Shown one piece after another: positions 11,035 to 24,655 of a stretch of 64,000 nt of DNA. Position numbers and translations under genes: made by a program. Numbering within the stretch: the stretch's first letter is position 1; each line of letters starts with the position of its first letter. This DNA is from Heterodontus francisci. Its lineage: Eukaryota. The DNA lies in the NCBI RefSeq assembly GCF_036365525.1, contig NW_027140807.1, positions 496,001 through 560,000 of the forward strand. Direction: 5' to 3'. The notes beneath the pieces were generated by a model. It ran no database searches. It worked only from the letters and a program-made list of their open reading frames with translations, and had not been told where the DNA came from.

Positions 11035-13607
11035 CATAGAACAAAGAAAGAACAAAGATAATTACAGCACAGGAACAGGCCCATCGGCCCTCCAAGCCTG
11101 CGCCGATCCAGATCCTCTCTCTAAACATGTCGCCTATTTTCTAAGGTTCTGTATCTCTTTTCTTCCTGCCCATTCATGTATCTGTCTAGATACATCTTAA
11201 AAGACTCCATCGTGCCCGCATCTACCACCTCCGCTGGCAATGCGTTCCAGGTGCCCACCACCCTCTGCGTAAAGAACTTTCCACGCATATCCCCCCTAAA
11301 CTTTTCCCCTTTCACTTTGAACTCGTGTCCTCTAGTAATTGAAACCCCCACTCTGGGAAAAAGCCTCTTGCTATCCACCCTGTCTATACCTCTCATGATT
11401 TTGTACACCTCAATCAGGTCCCCCCTCAACCTCCGTCTTTCTAATGAAAATAATCCTAATCTGCTCAACCTCTCTTCATAGCTAGCGCCCTCCATACCAG
11501 GCAACATCCTGGTGAACCTCCTCTGCACCCTCTCCAAAGCATCCACATCCTTTTGATAATGTGGCGACCAGAACTGTACGCAGTATTCCAAATGTGGCCG
11601 AACCAAAGTCCTATACAACTGTAACATGACCTGTCAACTCTTGTACTCAATGCCCCGTCCGATGAAGGAAAGCATGCCGTATGCCTTCTTGACCACTCTA
11701 TTTACCTGCGTTGCCACCTTCAGGGAACAGTGGACCTGAACACCCAAATCTCTCTGGACATCAATTTTCCCCAGGACTTTTCCATTTACTGTATAGTTCA
11801 CTCTTGAATTGGATCTTCCAAAATGCATCACCTCGCATTTGCCCTGATTGAACTCCATCTGCCATTTCTCTGCCCAACTCTCCAATCTATCTATATTCTG
11901 CTGTATTCTCTGACAGTCCCCTTCACTATCTGCTACTCCACCAATCTTAGTGTCGTCTGCAAATTTGCTAATCAGTCCACCTATACTTTCCTCCAAATCA
12001 TTAATGTATATCACAAACAACAGTGGTCCCAGCACGGATCCCTGTGGAACACCACTGGTCACACGTCTCCATTTTGAAAAACTCCCTTCTACTGCTACTC
12101 TCTGTCTCCTGTTGCCCAGCCAGTTCTTTATCCATCTAGCTAGTACACCTTGGACCCCAAGCGCCTTCACTTTCTCCATCAGCCTGCCATGGGGAACCTT
12201 ATCAAACGCCTTACTGAAGTCCATGTATATGACATCGACAGCCCTTCCCTCATCAATCAACTTTGTCACTTCCTCAAAGAATTCTATTAAGTTGGTAAGA
12301 CATGACCTTCCCTGCACAAAACCATGTTGCCTATCACTGATGAGCCCATTTTCTTCCAAATGGGAATAGATCCTATCCCTCAGTATCTTCTCCAGCAGCT
12401 TCCCTACCACTGACGTCAGGCTCACCGGTCTATAATTACCTGGATTATCCCTGCTACCCTTCTTAAACAAGGGGACAACATTAGCAATTCTCCAGTCCTC
12501 CGGGACCTCACCCGTGTTTAAGGATGCTGCAAAGATATCTGTTAAGGCCCCAGCTATTTCCTCTCTCGCTTCCCTCAGTAACCTGGGATAGATCCCATCC
12601 GGACCTGGGGACTTGTCCACCTTAATGCCCTTTAGAATACCCAACACTTCCTCCCTCCTTATGCCGACTTGACCTAGAGTAATCAAACATCTGTTCCTAA
12701 ACTCAACATCCGTCATGTCCCTCTCCTCGGTGAATACCGATGCAAAGTACTCGTTTAGAATCTCACCCATTTTCTCTGAGTCCAAGCATAACATTCCTCC
12801 TTTGTCCTTTAGTGGGCCAATCCTTTCTCTAGTTACCCTCTTTCTCCTTATATATGAATAAAAGGCTTTGGGATTTTCCTTAACCCTGTTTGCTAAAGAT
12901 ATTTCATGACCCCTTTTAGCCCTCTTAATTCCTCGTTTCAGATTGGTCCTACATTCCCGATATTCTTTCAAAGCTTCGTCTTTCATCAGCCACCTAGACC
13001 TTATGTATGCTTCCTTTTTCCTCTTAGCTATTCTCACAATTTCACCTGTCATCCATGGTTCCCTAATCTTGCCATTTCTATCCCTCATTTTCACAGGAAC
13101 ATGTCTCTCCTGCACGCTAATCAACCTCTCTTTAAAAGCCTCCCACATATCACATGTGGATTTACCTTCAAACAGCTGCTGCCAATCTACATTTCCCAGC
13201 TCCTGCCGAATTTTGGTGTAGTTGGCCTTCCCCCAATTTAGCACTCTCCCTTTTGGACCACTCTCGTCTTTGTCCATGAGTATTTTAAAGCTTACGGAAT
13301 TGTGATCACTATTCCCAAAGTAGTCCCCTACTGAAACTTCAACAACCTGGCCGGGCTCATTCCCCAACACCAGGTCCAGTATGGCCCCTTCCCGAGTTGG
13401 ACTATTTACATACTGCTCTAGAAAACCCTCCTGGATGCTCCTTACAAATTCTGCTCCATCTGGACCTCTAACACTAAGCGAATCCCAGTCAATGTTGGGA
13501 AAATTAAAATCTCCTATCACCACCACCCTGTTGCTCCTACATCTTTCCATAATCTGTTTACATATTTGTACCTCTATCTCACGCTCGCTGTTGGGAGGCC
13601 TGCAGTA
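11035..13607 (-). mobile_element. 5'-truncated CR1 (HER1-like) LINE with ORF2 endonuclease C-terminus and reverse transcriptase; one premature stop
   Basis: ORFs 11634-13781 and 11121-11627 contain GDFNFP, SDHN, GVPQGSVLGP, KFADD and WNALP. A TGA at 11634-36 splits them; short repeat tail near 11035-11057. Confidence 0.95.
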
Positions 13608-13987
13608 CATCTTGTGTGAACTCACTTTATTTCTCTTTCGTTCACAGTTTCTGCCACTAAGTTCCTCATCCTCATTATTTCTTATCCTTATCTCTCTCTC
13701 TCCTTGCCCTCTTCCCTTTCCCTGTTGTTTGTCTCTGCTTGCCCCCTCTCTCCTTGCCATCCTTCGTTTGTGTTCAATCAACTACCACTCCCTCGCTTTC
13801 CTACACACTCCTGTTCTAAGTCTCCTTTTCTCTCAGTCCTGGTGGTAGTGTTGCCCTGGATGATCGGCTTGCAGCTCTGGACTGGGACTCGGGCAATGAG
13901 GGTCAGAGAGGGTTCTGTCTCAGAGGCGGCTCATAACTGACAGAGTAATGGTTTGAAGGCCTTTTACGTGAGCAATGTGGTGGCGTG

Positions 13988-14043
13988 AATACGGGAAATT
14001 ATAACCACGTGTACTTTGGAAACGGAAGTGGATTAACAGTGTA
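13988..14043 (+). pseudogene. TRBJ: Second J of the inverted cassette (NTGNYNHVYFGNGSGLTV*), defective
   Basis: FGNG motif and LTV. Weak 12-RSS (CCTTTTACG, 12 bp, TGGCGTG). The end reads GTG TAA GAT, giving a stop and no phase-1 donor. Confidence 0.75.
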
Positions 14044-14074
14044 AGATCAGTGCAAAATGCAACCCCACGCGAAC

Positions 14075-17000
14075 CGTCCCTACCTCTGTAACCTCCTCCA
14101 GCCCCTACAACCCTCCCTAACTCTGTAACCTCCTCCCGCCCCTACAACCCTCCCTAACTCTGTAACCTCCTCCATCCCCTACAACCCTCCCTATCTCTGT
14201 AACCTCCTCCAGCCCCTACAACCCTCCCTATCTCTGTAACATCCTCCAGCCCCAACACCCATCCCTATCTCTGCAACCTCCTCCAGCCCCTACAACCCTC
14301 CATTTCTCTGTAACCTCCATCAGCCCCGACACCCCTCCCTATCTCTGTAACCTCCACCAGTCCCTACAACCCTCCCTATCTCAGTAACCTCCTCCAGCCC
14401 CGACAGCTCTCCTGATCTCTGTAACCTCCTCCAGCTCCTACACACCTCCCTATCTCTGCAACCTCCTCCAGCCCCTACAACACTCCCTATCTCTGCAACA
14501 TCCTCCAGCCCTTGCACCCCTCCATAACTCTGTAACATCCTGTAGCCCCGACAGCTCTCCCTATCTCGTTTACCTCCTCCAGCCCCTACACCCATCCCTA
14601 ACTCTGTTACCTCCTCCAGCCCCTACAACACTTCCTACCTCTGTAACCTCCACCAGACCCTGCAACCCTCCCCATCTATGTAACCTCCTTCAGCCATTAC
14701 AACCCACCCTATCGCTGTAACCTCCTCTAGCTCCTACACCCATCCCTAACTCTGTTATCTCCTCCAGCCCCTACAGCTCTCCCTATCTCTGTTACCTCCT
14801 CTAGCCCCTACACCCGTCCCTATCTCTGTAACCTCCTTCAGCCACTGGACCCCTCCCCATCTCTGTAACCTGCTTTAGCTCCGACAGCTCTCTCTATCTC
14901 TGTTACCAGCTCCAGACCCTTCAACCCTCCCTATCTCTGTAACCTCCACCAGTCCCTTCAACCCTCCCTATCTCTGTAACCTCCTCCAGCGCCTATAACC
15001 CTCCATATCTCTGTTACCTCCTCCAGCCCCGACAAACCTCCCTATCTCTGTAACCTCCTCCAGCCCCTACAACCCTCCCTAACTCTGTAACCTCCTCCAG
15101 CCGCTAGACCCCTCCCTATATCTGTAAACTCTACCAGCCTCTACCACCCTCCCTATCTCTGTTACCTCCCCCAGCCCCTACAGCCCTCCCTATCTCTGTA
15201 ACCACCTCCAGCCTCTACACCCCTCCCTATCCCTGTAACCTCTTCCTAGTCCCTAAAACCCTCCCTATCTCAGTAACCTCCTCCAGCCTCTACACCCATC
15301 CCTATCTCTGTAATCTCTTCCAGCCCCTGCAACCCTCCCTATCTCTGTAACCTCTTCCAGCTCCGACAACACTCCCTATCTCTGTTATCTCCTCCAGGCC
15401 CTGCACCCATCCTTATCTCTGTAACGTCATCCAGCCCCTACAACCCACCCTATCACTGTTACCTCCTCCAGCCCCTACAGCACTCCCTAACTCTGTAACC
15501 TCTTCCTGCCCCTAAACCCCTCCCTATATCTGTAAACTCTACCAGCCCCTGCAAGACTCCCTATCTCTGTTACCTCCTCCAGCCACTACAGCACTCCCTA
15601 TCTCTATTACCTCCTCCAGTCACTACAACCCTCTCTATCTCTGTAACCTCCTCCAGCCACTACAACCCTCCCTATCTCTTTAACCTCCTCCAACCCCTAC
15701 ACCCCACCCTATCTCTGTAACCTCCTCCAGCCCCTGCAACCCTCCCTATCTCTGTAACCTCTTCCAGCTCCGACAACACTCCCTATCACTGTTATCTCCT
15801 CCAGGCCCTGCACCCATCCCTATCTCTGTAACGTCTTCCAGCCCCTACAACCCTCCCTATTACTGTTACCTCCTCCAGCCCCTACAGCACTCCCTAACTC
15901 TGTAACCTCATCCTGCCCCTAAATCCCTCCCTATATCTGTAAACTCTACCAGCCCCTACAAGACTCCCTATCTCTGTTCCCTCCTCCAGCCACTACAGCA
16001 CTCCCTATCTCTGTAACCTCCTCCAGCCACTACAACCCTCCCTATCTCTGTAACCTCCTCCAACCACTACACCCCACCCTATCTCTGTAACCTCCTCCAG
16101 CCCCTCCAACCTTCCCTTTCTCTGTTACCTCCTCCAGCCCCTAAAGCCCTCCCTATATCTGTAAACTCTAGCAGCCCCTACAGCCCTCCCTATCTCTGTT
16201 ACCTCCTCCAGCCCCCACAGCATTCCCTATCTCTATTACCTCCTCCAGCCACGACAGCCCTCCCTATCTCTGTAACCTCCTCCAGCCACTACAACCCTCC
16301 CTATCTCTGTAACCTCCTCCAGCCCCTGCACCCCACCCTATCTCTGTAACTTCCTCCAGCCCCTACAACCCTCCCTAACTCTGTAACCTCCTCCAGCCCC
16401 TAAACCCCTCCCTATATCTGTAAACTCTACCAGCCCCTACAGCCCTCCCTATCTCTGTTACCTCCCCCAGCCCCTACAGCTCTCCCTATCTCTGATAACT
16501 CTACCAGCCCCAACAACCCTCCCTAACTCTATAGCCTCCTCCAGCCTCTACAACCCACCCTATCTCTGAAACCTCTTCCAACCCTGATAACCCTCCCTAT
16601 CTCTGTAACCTCTTCCAACCTCGACTCCCCTTCCTATCTCTGTAACATCTTCCAGCCGCTACAACCCTCCCTATCTCTGTTACCACCTCCAGCCCCTACA
16701 GCCCTCCCTATCACTGTAACCTCCTGCCTCCACACTCCTCCCTATCCCTGTAACCTCTTCCTAGTCCCTAAAACCCGTCCTATCCCAGTAACATCCTCCA
16801 GCCTCTACACCCACCCCTATCTCTGTAATCTCTTCCAGCCCCTACAACCCTCCCTATCTCTGTAACCTCCTCCATCCCCTAAAGCCCCCTGTCTCTGTAA
16901 CCTCTTCCAGCCCCGACACCACTCCCTATCTCTGTTATCTCCTCCAGCCCCTGCACCCCTCCCTATCTCTGTAACGTCTTCCAGCCCCTACAAACCTCCC

Positions 17001-18890
17001 TATCTCTGTTCCCTCCTCCAGTCCCTAAAGCACTCCCTATCTCTATTACCTCCTCCAGCCACTACACCCCACCCCATCTCTGTAACTTCCTCCAGCCCCT
17101 AATCCCCTCCCTATATCTGTAAACTCTACCAGCCCCTACAACACTCCCTATCTCTGTTACCTCCTCCAGCCCCATCAGCACTCCCTATCTCTATTACTTC
17201 CTCCAGTCACTACAACCCTCCCTATCTCTGTAACCTCCTCCAGCCACCACAACCCTCCCAAACTCTGTAACCTCCTCCAGCCCCTACAATCCTCCCTATC
17301 TCTGTTACCTCCTCCAGCCCCTAATCCCCTCCCTATATCTGTAAACTCTACCAGCCCCTACAACACTCCCTATCTCTGTTACCTCCTCCAGCCCCATCAG
17401 CACTCCCTATCTCTATTACTTCCTCCAGTCACTACAACCCTCCCTATCTCTGTAACCTCCTCCAGCCACCACAACCCTCCCAAACTCTGTAACCTCCTCC
17501 AGCCCCTACAATCCTCCCTATCTCTGTTACCTCCTCCAACCCCTAATCCCCTCCCTATATCTGTAAACTCTACCAGCCCCTACAACACTCCCTATCTCTG
17601 TTACCTTCTCCAGCCCCATCAGCACTCCCTATCTCTATTACTTCCTCCAGTCACTACAACCCTCCCTATCTCTGTAACCTCCTCCAGCCACCACAACCCT
17701 CCCTATCTCTGTTACCTCCTCCAGCCCCATCAGCACTCCCTATCTCTATTACTTCCTCCAGTCACTACAACCCTCCCTATCTCTGTAACCTCCTCCAGCC
17801 ACCACAACCCTCCCAAACTCTGTAACCTCCTCCAGCCCCTACAATCCTCCCTCTCTCTGTTACCTCCTCCAGCCCCTAATCCCCTCCCTATATCTGTAAA
17901 CTCTACCAGCCCCTACAACACTCCCTATCTCTGTTACCTCCTCCAGCCCCATCAGCACTCCCTATCTCTATTACTTCCTCCAGTCACTACAACCCTCCCT
18001 ATCTCTGTAACCTCCTCCAGCCACCACAACCCTCCCAAACTCTGTAACCTCCTCCAGCCCCTACAATCCTCCCTATCTCTGTTACCTCCTCCAGCCCCTA
18101 ATCCCCTCCCTATATCTGTAAACTCTACCAGCCCCTACAACACTCCCTATCTCTGTTACCTCCTCCAGCCCCATCAGCACTCCCTATCTCTATTACTTCC
18201 TCCAGTCACTACAACCCTCCCTATCTCTGTAACCTCCTCCAGCCACCACAACCCTCCCTATCTCTGGAACCTCCTCCAACCCCTAAGCCCCTCCCTATAT
18301 CTGTAAACTCTACCAGCCCCTGCAACTCTCCCAATCTCTGTTACCTCCCCCAGTCCCTACAGCTCTCCCTCGCTCTGTAACTCAACCAGCCCCTACAACC
18401 CTCCCTATCTCTGTAACCTCTTTAGCCCCTGCAACCCTCAGTGGCTCAGTGGCGAGCACCGCAGCCTCACAGCTCCAGCGACCCGGGTTCAATGCTGGGT
18501 ACTGCCTGTGTGGAGTTTGCAATTTCTCTCTGTGTCCATTTGGGTTTCCTCCGGGTGCTCTTGTTTCCTGCCACGTGCCAAAGACTTGCAGGTTGATAAG
18601 TAAATTGGCCATTATGTATTGCCCCTAGTATAGGTAGGTGCAGGTGGGGATGTGGTAGGAATATGGAATTAGTGTCGGGTTAGTATAAATGGGTGGTTGA
18701 TGGTCGGCACAGATTCGGTGGGCCGAAGGGCCTGTTTCAGTGCTGTATAACTAAATTGAATCCTCCCTATTTCTGTTACATCCTCCAGCCTCTACAACCC
18801 TCCCTATCTCTGTAACCCCCTCCAGCCCCTGCAACACTCCTTATCTCTGTAACCTCTTCCAGCCCCTATAACCCTCCCAATCTCTGTTCT
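14075..18890 (+). repeat. 37-bp minisatellite (CTCCAGCCCCTACAACCCTCCCTATCTCTGTAACCTC)n, ~4.8 kb
   Basis: Over 100 tandem units with higher-order 222-bp periodicity at 17.1-18.3 kb; interrupted by a SINE at 18439. Confidence 0.97.
18439..18755 (+). mobile_element. tRNA-derived V-SINE (HE1-like)
   Basis: A box TGGCTCAGTGG and B box GGTTCAATGC; V-domain TGTGTGGAGTTTGCA...CCGGGTGCTC; 3' end GGGCCGAAGGGCCTGTT shared with the CR1 3' UTR; close to the 58038 copy. Confidence 0.85.
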
Positions 18891-19142
18891 GTTATCACAT
18901 CCTTTATAATAGTCTCCAGCATTTTCCCCACTACTGATGTAAGGCTAACTGGTCTGTAATTCCCTGTTTTTTCCCCTCCCTCCTTTCTTTTACAGAGTCT
19001 ACAACAAACTGTCGAAGTTGTGGTGAAGGAGAATGAACGCTGGGGTAAACACACGCCCCACCCCTCGCCACAACCCCCCCTCCCCACCCCACCCCGCTTC
19101 CATCCCCACCGTTCCTAACACTCATGTTTTGCTCTCCCACAG

Positions 19143-19480
19143 AGGCAGACCAAGAGGTTAACCATCCCACTGTGACCGTTTTTGAGCTGTCGGATGAAGA
19201 AATCAGGGCCCCTATGAAAGCCACTATTGTCTGCCTGGCCAGTGGCTTCTTCTCGGACTACGTTAAGTTCTCCTGGGCGGGGGGCAACGAGGAGATCGAG
19301 ACGAAGGATGTGCTGACTGACAGGCAGGTAAAGGATGATGCAGGCCGCTACAGCGTGGACCAGTAGGGTGAGGGTTCTCATGGCCGAATGGGACCCGCAA
19401 TCAGTATTCCTGCAAAGTGACCCATTACAGTAAAGCCGGCGCAGAGATTTCTCAAGATGCCAAGATCAGCAGTAAGGCAG
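19143..19480 (+). pseudogene. TRBC: Diverged TCR C-beta-like Ig exon with two frameshifts
   Basis: Acceptor CCCACAG|, donor G|GTGAGT. Reads EADQEVNHPTVTVFELSDEEIRAPMKATIVCLASGFFSDYVKFSW...RYSV / TSRVRVLMAEWDP / NQYSCKVTHY...SSKA, with frameshifts at ~19358 and ~19398. Confidence 0.9.
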
Positions 19481-19819
19481 GTGAGTGTCTGCAATGCCTG
19501 GAATCACCTCCGCTCCACCCGAGCCCAAAGCAAGGAAGCTATACTGAACCTTTATCAATGCAGCCTTGAGGGAGTATGTGAAGGCGTTAGAGAGGGTGCA
19601 CAAAATATTCACGGCAATGGTTCCAGGGATGAGGGAATTCATAGCTTGGGGAAGTCTACATAATAGGTGAGACTGAAGAACACAGGAAGAGGCCGAGGCC
19701 ATTCAGCCGTTCAGGCTTGTTCCACCATTCTGTTATATAAATCTAAATCTCTACCATTACTCTATTTTACGCCTCGGTTCAGTAACTGTCAATAACCTTA
19801 TGTTCACCCAAATGGTTAG

Positions 19820-22800
19820 CACTCAGAGACAGACAGAGAGGGAGAAAGAGAGAGAGACAGAGAGAGAGACCGAGAACCAGATAGATTGAGAGAGAGAGAA
19901 ATAGAGAAAGAGACAGACAGAAAGAGAAAGAGACAGACAGACAGACAGAGAGATAGAGACAGAGAGAGATACANNNNNNNNNNNNNNNNNNNNNNNNNNN
20001 NNNNNNNNNNNNNNNNNNNNNNNNNNNNNNNNNNNNNNNNNNNNNNNNNNNNNNNNNNNNNNNNNNNNNNNNNNNNNNNNNNNNNNNNNNNNNNNNNNNN
20101 NNNNAGAGAGGGAGAGAAAGAAATAGAGAAAGAGGCAGACAGANNNNNNNNNNNNNNNNNNNNNNNNNNNNNNNNNNNNNNNNNNNNNNNNNNNNNNNNN
20201 NNNNNNNNNNNNNNNNNNNNNNNNNNNNNNNNNNNNNNNNNNNNNNNNNNNNNNNNNNNNNNNNNNNNNNNNNNNNNNNNNNNNNNNNNNNNNNNNNNNN
20301 NNNNNGAGACAGAGACAGGAAGAGAGGCAGAGACAGATGAGTGACAGATCGAGAGAAGCAGAGACAACGGGAAAGGNNNNNNNNNNNNNNNNNNNNNNNN
20401 NNNNNNNNNNNNNNNNNNNNNNNNNNNNNNNNNNNNNNNNNNNNNNNNNNNNNNNNNNNNNNNNNNNNNNNNNNNNNNNNNNNNNNNNNNNNNNNNNNNN
20501 NNNNNNNNNNNNTGGTCAAAGAGAGAGAGACTGAGAGAGAGACAGAGAGAGAGAGACAGGAAATGAAAGAGAGGGACAGAGAGAGAGAGGCAGAGAGACA
20601 GTGGGAAAGACAGAGACAGTGAGAGGGAGAAGCAGAGACAGAGACCGAGAGACACACAGAGAGACAGGGAAACAGAGACAGAGAGAAAATGAGAGAAATA
20701 GAGAGAGAGAAAGAGACAGAGAGAGACACACAGAGAAACAGAAAGACAGAGACAGAGAGAAAAGGAGAGAAATATAGAGAGATAGAGAGAGACAGAGACA
20801 GAGAGAGAGACTGAGAGAGAGACAGGAAGAGAAACAGAGACAGAGAGAGTGGTGACAGAGACAAAGAGAGACACACAGATAGACATGGAAACAGAGACAG
20901 AGAGAAAAGGAGAAAGAGAGACAGACAGACAGACAGAGAGCGTAAGACAGACAGCGAAAGACAGGCAGAGACAGTGAGAGAGACACAGACCGAGAGAAAG
21001 AGAGACAGAGAGAGGCAGAGAGACAGCGCGAAAGACAGAGAGAGAGAGAAAGAGATTGAGAGAGACAGAGAGAGAGACGTGATAGAGAGACAGAGAGAGA
21101 CAGTGACAGAGAGACAGAAACAGAGAGAAAGAGAGGCAGAGACAGGGAAAGCCAGAGACAGAAAGACAGAGAGACAGAGAGAAAGAGAGAAAGATAGATA
21201 GATAGAGAGAGAAACAGACAGACAGAGAAAGAGATACAGAGAGAGAGAGACCGAGACAGAGAGAGAGAAACAAAGAGAGAGACAGAGAGACAAGGAGAGA
21301 GAGAGAGACAGGAAGAGAGATAGAGACAAATGTGTAACAGATCGAGAGAGGCAGAGACAACAGGAAAGACAGAGACAGTGAATGAGAGAGAGAGAGAGGC
21401 AGACAGAGACAGAAACAGAGAGACAGAAACAGAGAGAAAAGGAGAGAAAAGGAGAGAAAGAGAGAGACAGAAACAGAGAGAGACACATGGTCAAAGAGAG
21501 ACAGACTGAGAGAGAGACAGAGAGAGAGAGAGACAGGAAAGGAAAGAGAGAGGCAGAGAGACAGTGGGAAAGACAGAGACAGGNNNNNNNNNNNNNNNNN
21601 NNNNNNNNNNNNNNNNNNNNNNNNNNNNNNNNNNNNNNNNNNNNNNNNNNNNNNNNNNNNNNNNNNNNNNNNNNNNNNNNNNNNNNNNNNNNNNNNNNNN
21701 NNNNNNNNNNNNNNNNNNNGACAGAGAGATAGAGAGAAAGACAGAGACAGAGGGAGAGACACATACACAGAGAAATAGAGATAGAGAGAGAGAGAAAGAG
21801 AGACAGGAAGAGAAATAGAGACAGAGAGATTGACAGAGGCAGAGAGAGACACACAGATAGACATGGAAACAGAGACAGAGAGAAAAGGAGAAAGAGAGAC
21901 AGACAGACAGACAGAGTAAGACAGACAGAGAAAAACAGGAAGAGACATTGAGAGAGACACAGAACGAGAGAAAGAGAGAAAGACAGAGACAGAGAGAGGC
22001 AGAGAGACAGCGGGAAAGACAGAGAGAAAGAGAGAAAGCGATTGAGAGATACAGAGAGAGACGAGATAGAGAGACAGAGATAGACAGTGACAGAGAGACA
22101 GAAACAGAGAGAAAGAGAGGCAGNNNNNNNNNNNNNNNNNNNNNNNNNNNNNNNNNNNNNNNNNNNNNNNNNNNNNNNNNNNNNNNNNNNNNNNNNNNNN
22201 NNNNNNNNNNNNNNNNNNNNNNNNNNNNNNNNNNNNNNNNNNNNNNNNNNNNNNNNNNNNNNNNNNNNNNNNNNNNNNNNNNNNNNNNNNNNNNNNNNNN
22301 NNNNNNNNNNNNNNNNGACAAATGTGTGACAGATCGAGAGAGGCAGAGACAACGGGAAAGACAGAGACAGTGAATGAGAGAGAGTGAGGCAGAGAGAGAC
22401 AGAAACAGAGTGACAGAAACAGAGACAAAGAGAAAAGGAGAGAAAGAGAGAGACACATGCAGAGAGNNNNNNNNNNNNNNNNNNNNNNNNNNNNNNNNNN
22501 NNNNNNNNNNNNNNNNNNNNNNNNNNNNNNNNNNNNNNNNNNNNNNNNNNNNNNNNNNNNNNNNNNNNNNNNNNNNNNNNNNNNNNNNNNNNNNNNNNNN
22601 NNNNNNNNNNNNNNNNNNNNNNNNNNNNNNNNNNNNNNNNNNNNNNNNNNNNNNNNNGAGAGAGACACATAAAGAGAGAGACTCATGGTCAAAGAGAGAG
22701 AGACTGAGAGAGAGACACTGAGTGAGAGATAGACAGGATAGGCAGGAGAGAGAAAGAGAGAGAGGCAGAAAGACAGTGCGAAAGACAGAGACAGTGAGAG

Positions 22801-23137
22801 AGAGAAGCAGAGACAGAGACAGAGAGACACACATAGAGACAGGGAAACAGAGACAGAGNNNNNNNNNNNNNNNNNNNNNNNNNNNNNNNNNNNNNNNNNN
22901 NNNNNNNNNNNNNNNNNNNNNNNNNNNNNNNNNNNNNNNNNNNNNNNNNNNNNNNNNNNNNNNNNNNNNNNNNNNNNNNNNNNNNNNNNNNNNNNNNNNN
23001 NNNNNNNNNNNNNNNNNNNNNNNNNNNNNNNNNNNNNNNNNNNNNNNNNNNNNNNNNNNNNNNNNNNNNNNNNNNNNNNNNNNNNNNNNNNNNNNNNNNN
23101 NNNNNNATGCAAACTGAGACAGAGAGAAAAGGAGAAG

Positions 23138-23171
<34 letters not shown>

Positions 23172-24510
23172 GAAAGACAGACAGAGAAAGACATGCAGAG
23201 ACTGTGAGAGAGCCACAGACCGAGAGAAAGAGAGACAGAGAGAGGCAGAGAGACAGTGGGAAAGACAGAGAGAAAGAAAGAGATTGAGAGATTCAGAGAG
23301 AAACGAGATAGAGAGACAGAGAGAGACAGTGACAGAGAGACGGAAACANNNNNNNNNNNNNNNNNNNNNNNNNNNNNNNNNNNNNNNNNNNNNNNNNNNN
23401 NNNNNNNNNNNNNNNNNNNNNNNNNNNNNNNNNNNNNNNNNNNNNNNNNNNNNNNNNNNNNNNNNNNNNNNNNNNNNNNNNNNNNNNACGGAGAGAGAGA
23501 CACACACACACATACACACAGAGACAGAACGAGAGAGAGGCAGAAAGACAGCGGGAAAGTGAATGAGTGAGAGAGACAGAGACAGTGAGTCAGAGACAGA
23601 GAGACACACTGAGAGGCAGAGAAACGGAGACAGTGAGAAAAGGAGAGAAAGGAAGAGAGAGAGATATAGAACGAGAGACAGAGACACAGAGAGAGTTAGA
23701 CACAAACAGAGAGAAAGACAGAGACACAGAGTGGCAGAGAGACAGAGGGAAAGACAGCGACAGAGAGAGAGAGACAGAGATTGAGAGAGACAGACAGAAA
23801 GAGAGACAGNNNNNNNNNNNNNNNNNNNNNNNNNNNNNNNNNNNNNNNNNNNNNNNNNNNNNNNNNNNNNNNNNNNNNNNNNNNNNNNNNNNNNNNNNNN
23901 NNNNNNNNNNNNNNNNNNNNNNNNNNNNNNNNNNNNNNNNNNNNNNNNNNNNNNNNNNNNNNNNNNNNNNNNNNNNNNNNNNNNNNNNNNNNNNNNNNNN
24001 NNNNNNNNNNNNNNNNNNNNNAGAGATAGAGACAGGCAGAGAAAGAGGGACAGAGACAGAGAGACAGAGATAAAAGGGGTAAGACAGAGATGGAGATAAG
24101 AAGAGAATGAGAGACAGAGAGAGACACACAGAGACTGAGAGAGAGAGGTAGAAAGAAAGAAATCGAGAAAGGGACAGCCAGAAATAGAGACAGACAGAGA
24201 CAGAGACAAGGCGAGAAAGAGAGACAGAGCTAGAGTGTGCCATAGTGAGAGAGGCAGAGAGAGAGAGAAGAGAGAGAGACAGAGAGAAAGAGAAAAACAG
24301 AGACACAGCGAGAGGACAGGAAGAGAAAGAGAGACCGAAAGAGAGAGAGAGACAGTCAGAGAGAAAGACTCAGATAGATAGAGATAGAGAGAGACTAGGA
24401 GAGAGAGAGAGAAAGAGAGACAGAGACAGACAGATAGAAACACAGGGACAGAGGAGAGACGGGGGTGGGGGTGAGAGAGGAGAGAGAGACAGGAGAGAAA
24501 GAGAGACAGA
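19820..24510. repeat. GA/AGAC simple repeat with many N runs
   Basis: Low-complexity purine tract inside the pseudo-C intron. Confidence 0.95.
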
Positions 24511-24637
24511 AGCCTGGATGCAATGCACAAATCTCAGAGTGAAGAAGTTTCTCCCACTTTATGTTCTTGGTGTGATATGAAAAACTGTGTTTCATGCACA
24601 ATAATTGAAGTTATTTTTCTCTTTAAATTTCTTGCCG

Positions 24638-24655
24638 GCGTATGTGAAGGGAAAG
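24638..24655 (+). pseudogene. Hinge exon of the inverted pseudo-C (GVCEGK) with mutated acceptor
   Basis: 18-nt phase 1-1 exon with the interchain Cys and AAAG|GTGAG donor, paralogous to EMCGISK of the functional C. The acceptor reads TTCTTGCCG instead of ...CAG. Confidence 0.65.

Noticed and set aside
14075-18890. Ig switch-like region in the J-C intron
   Set aside because: The non-template strand of the cassette is C-rich rather than G-rich, AGCT motifs are sparse, and the same unit occurs elsewhere next to LINE sequence.
19779-24580. ORFs of 600-1100 aa on the minus strand
   Set aside because: Low-complexity repeat plus N runs lacking stops; artefacts.
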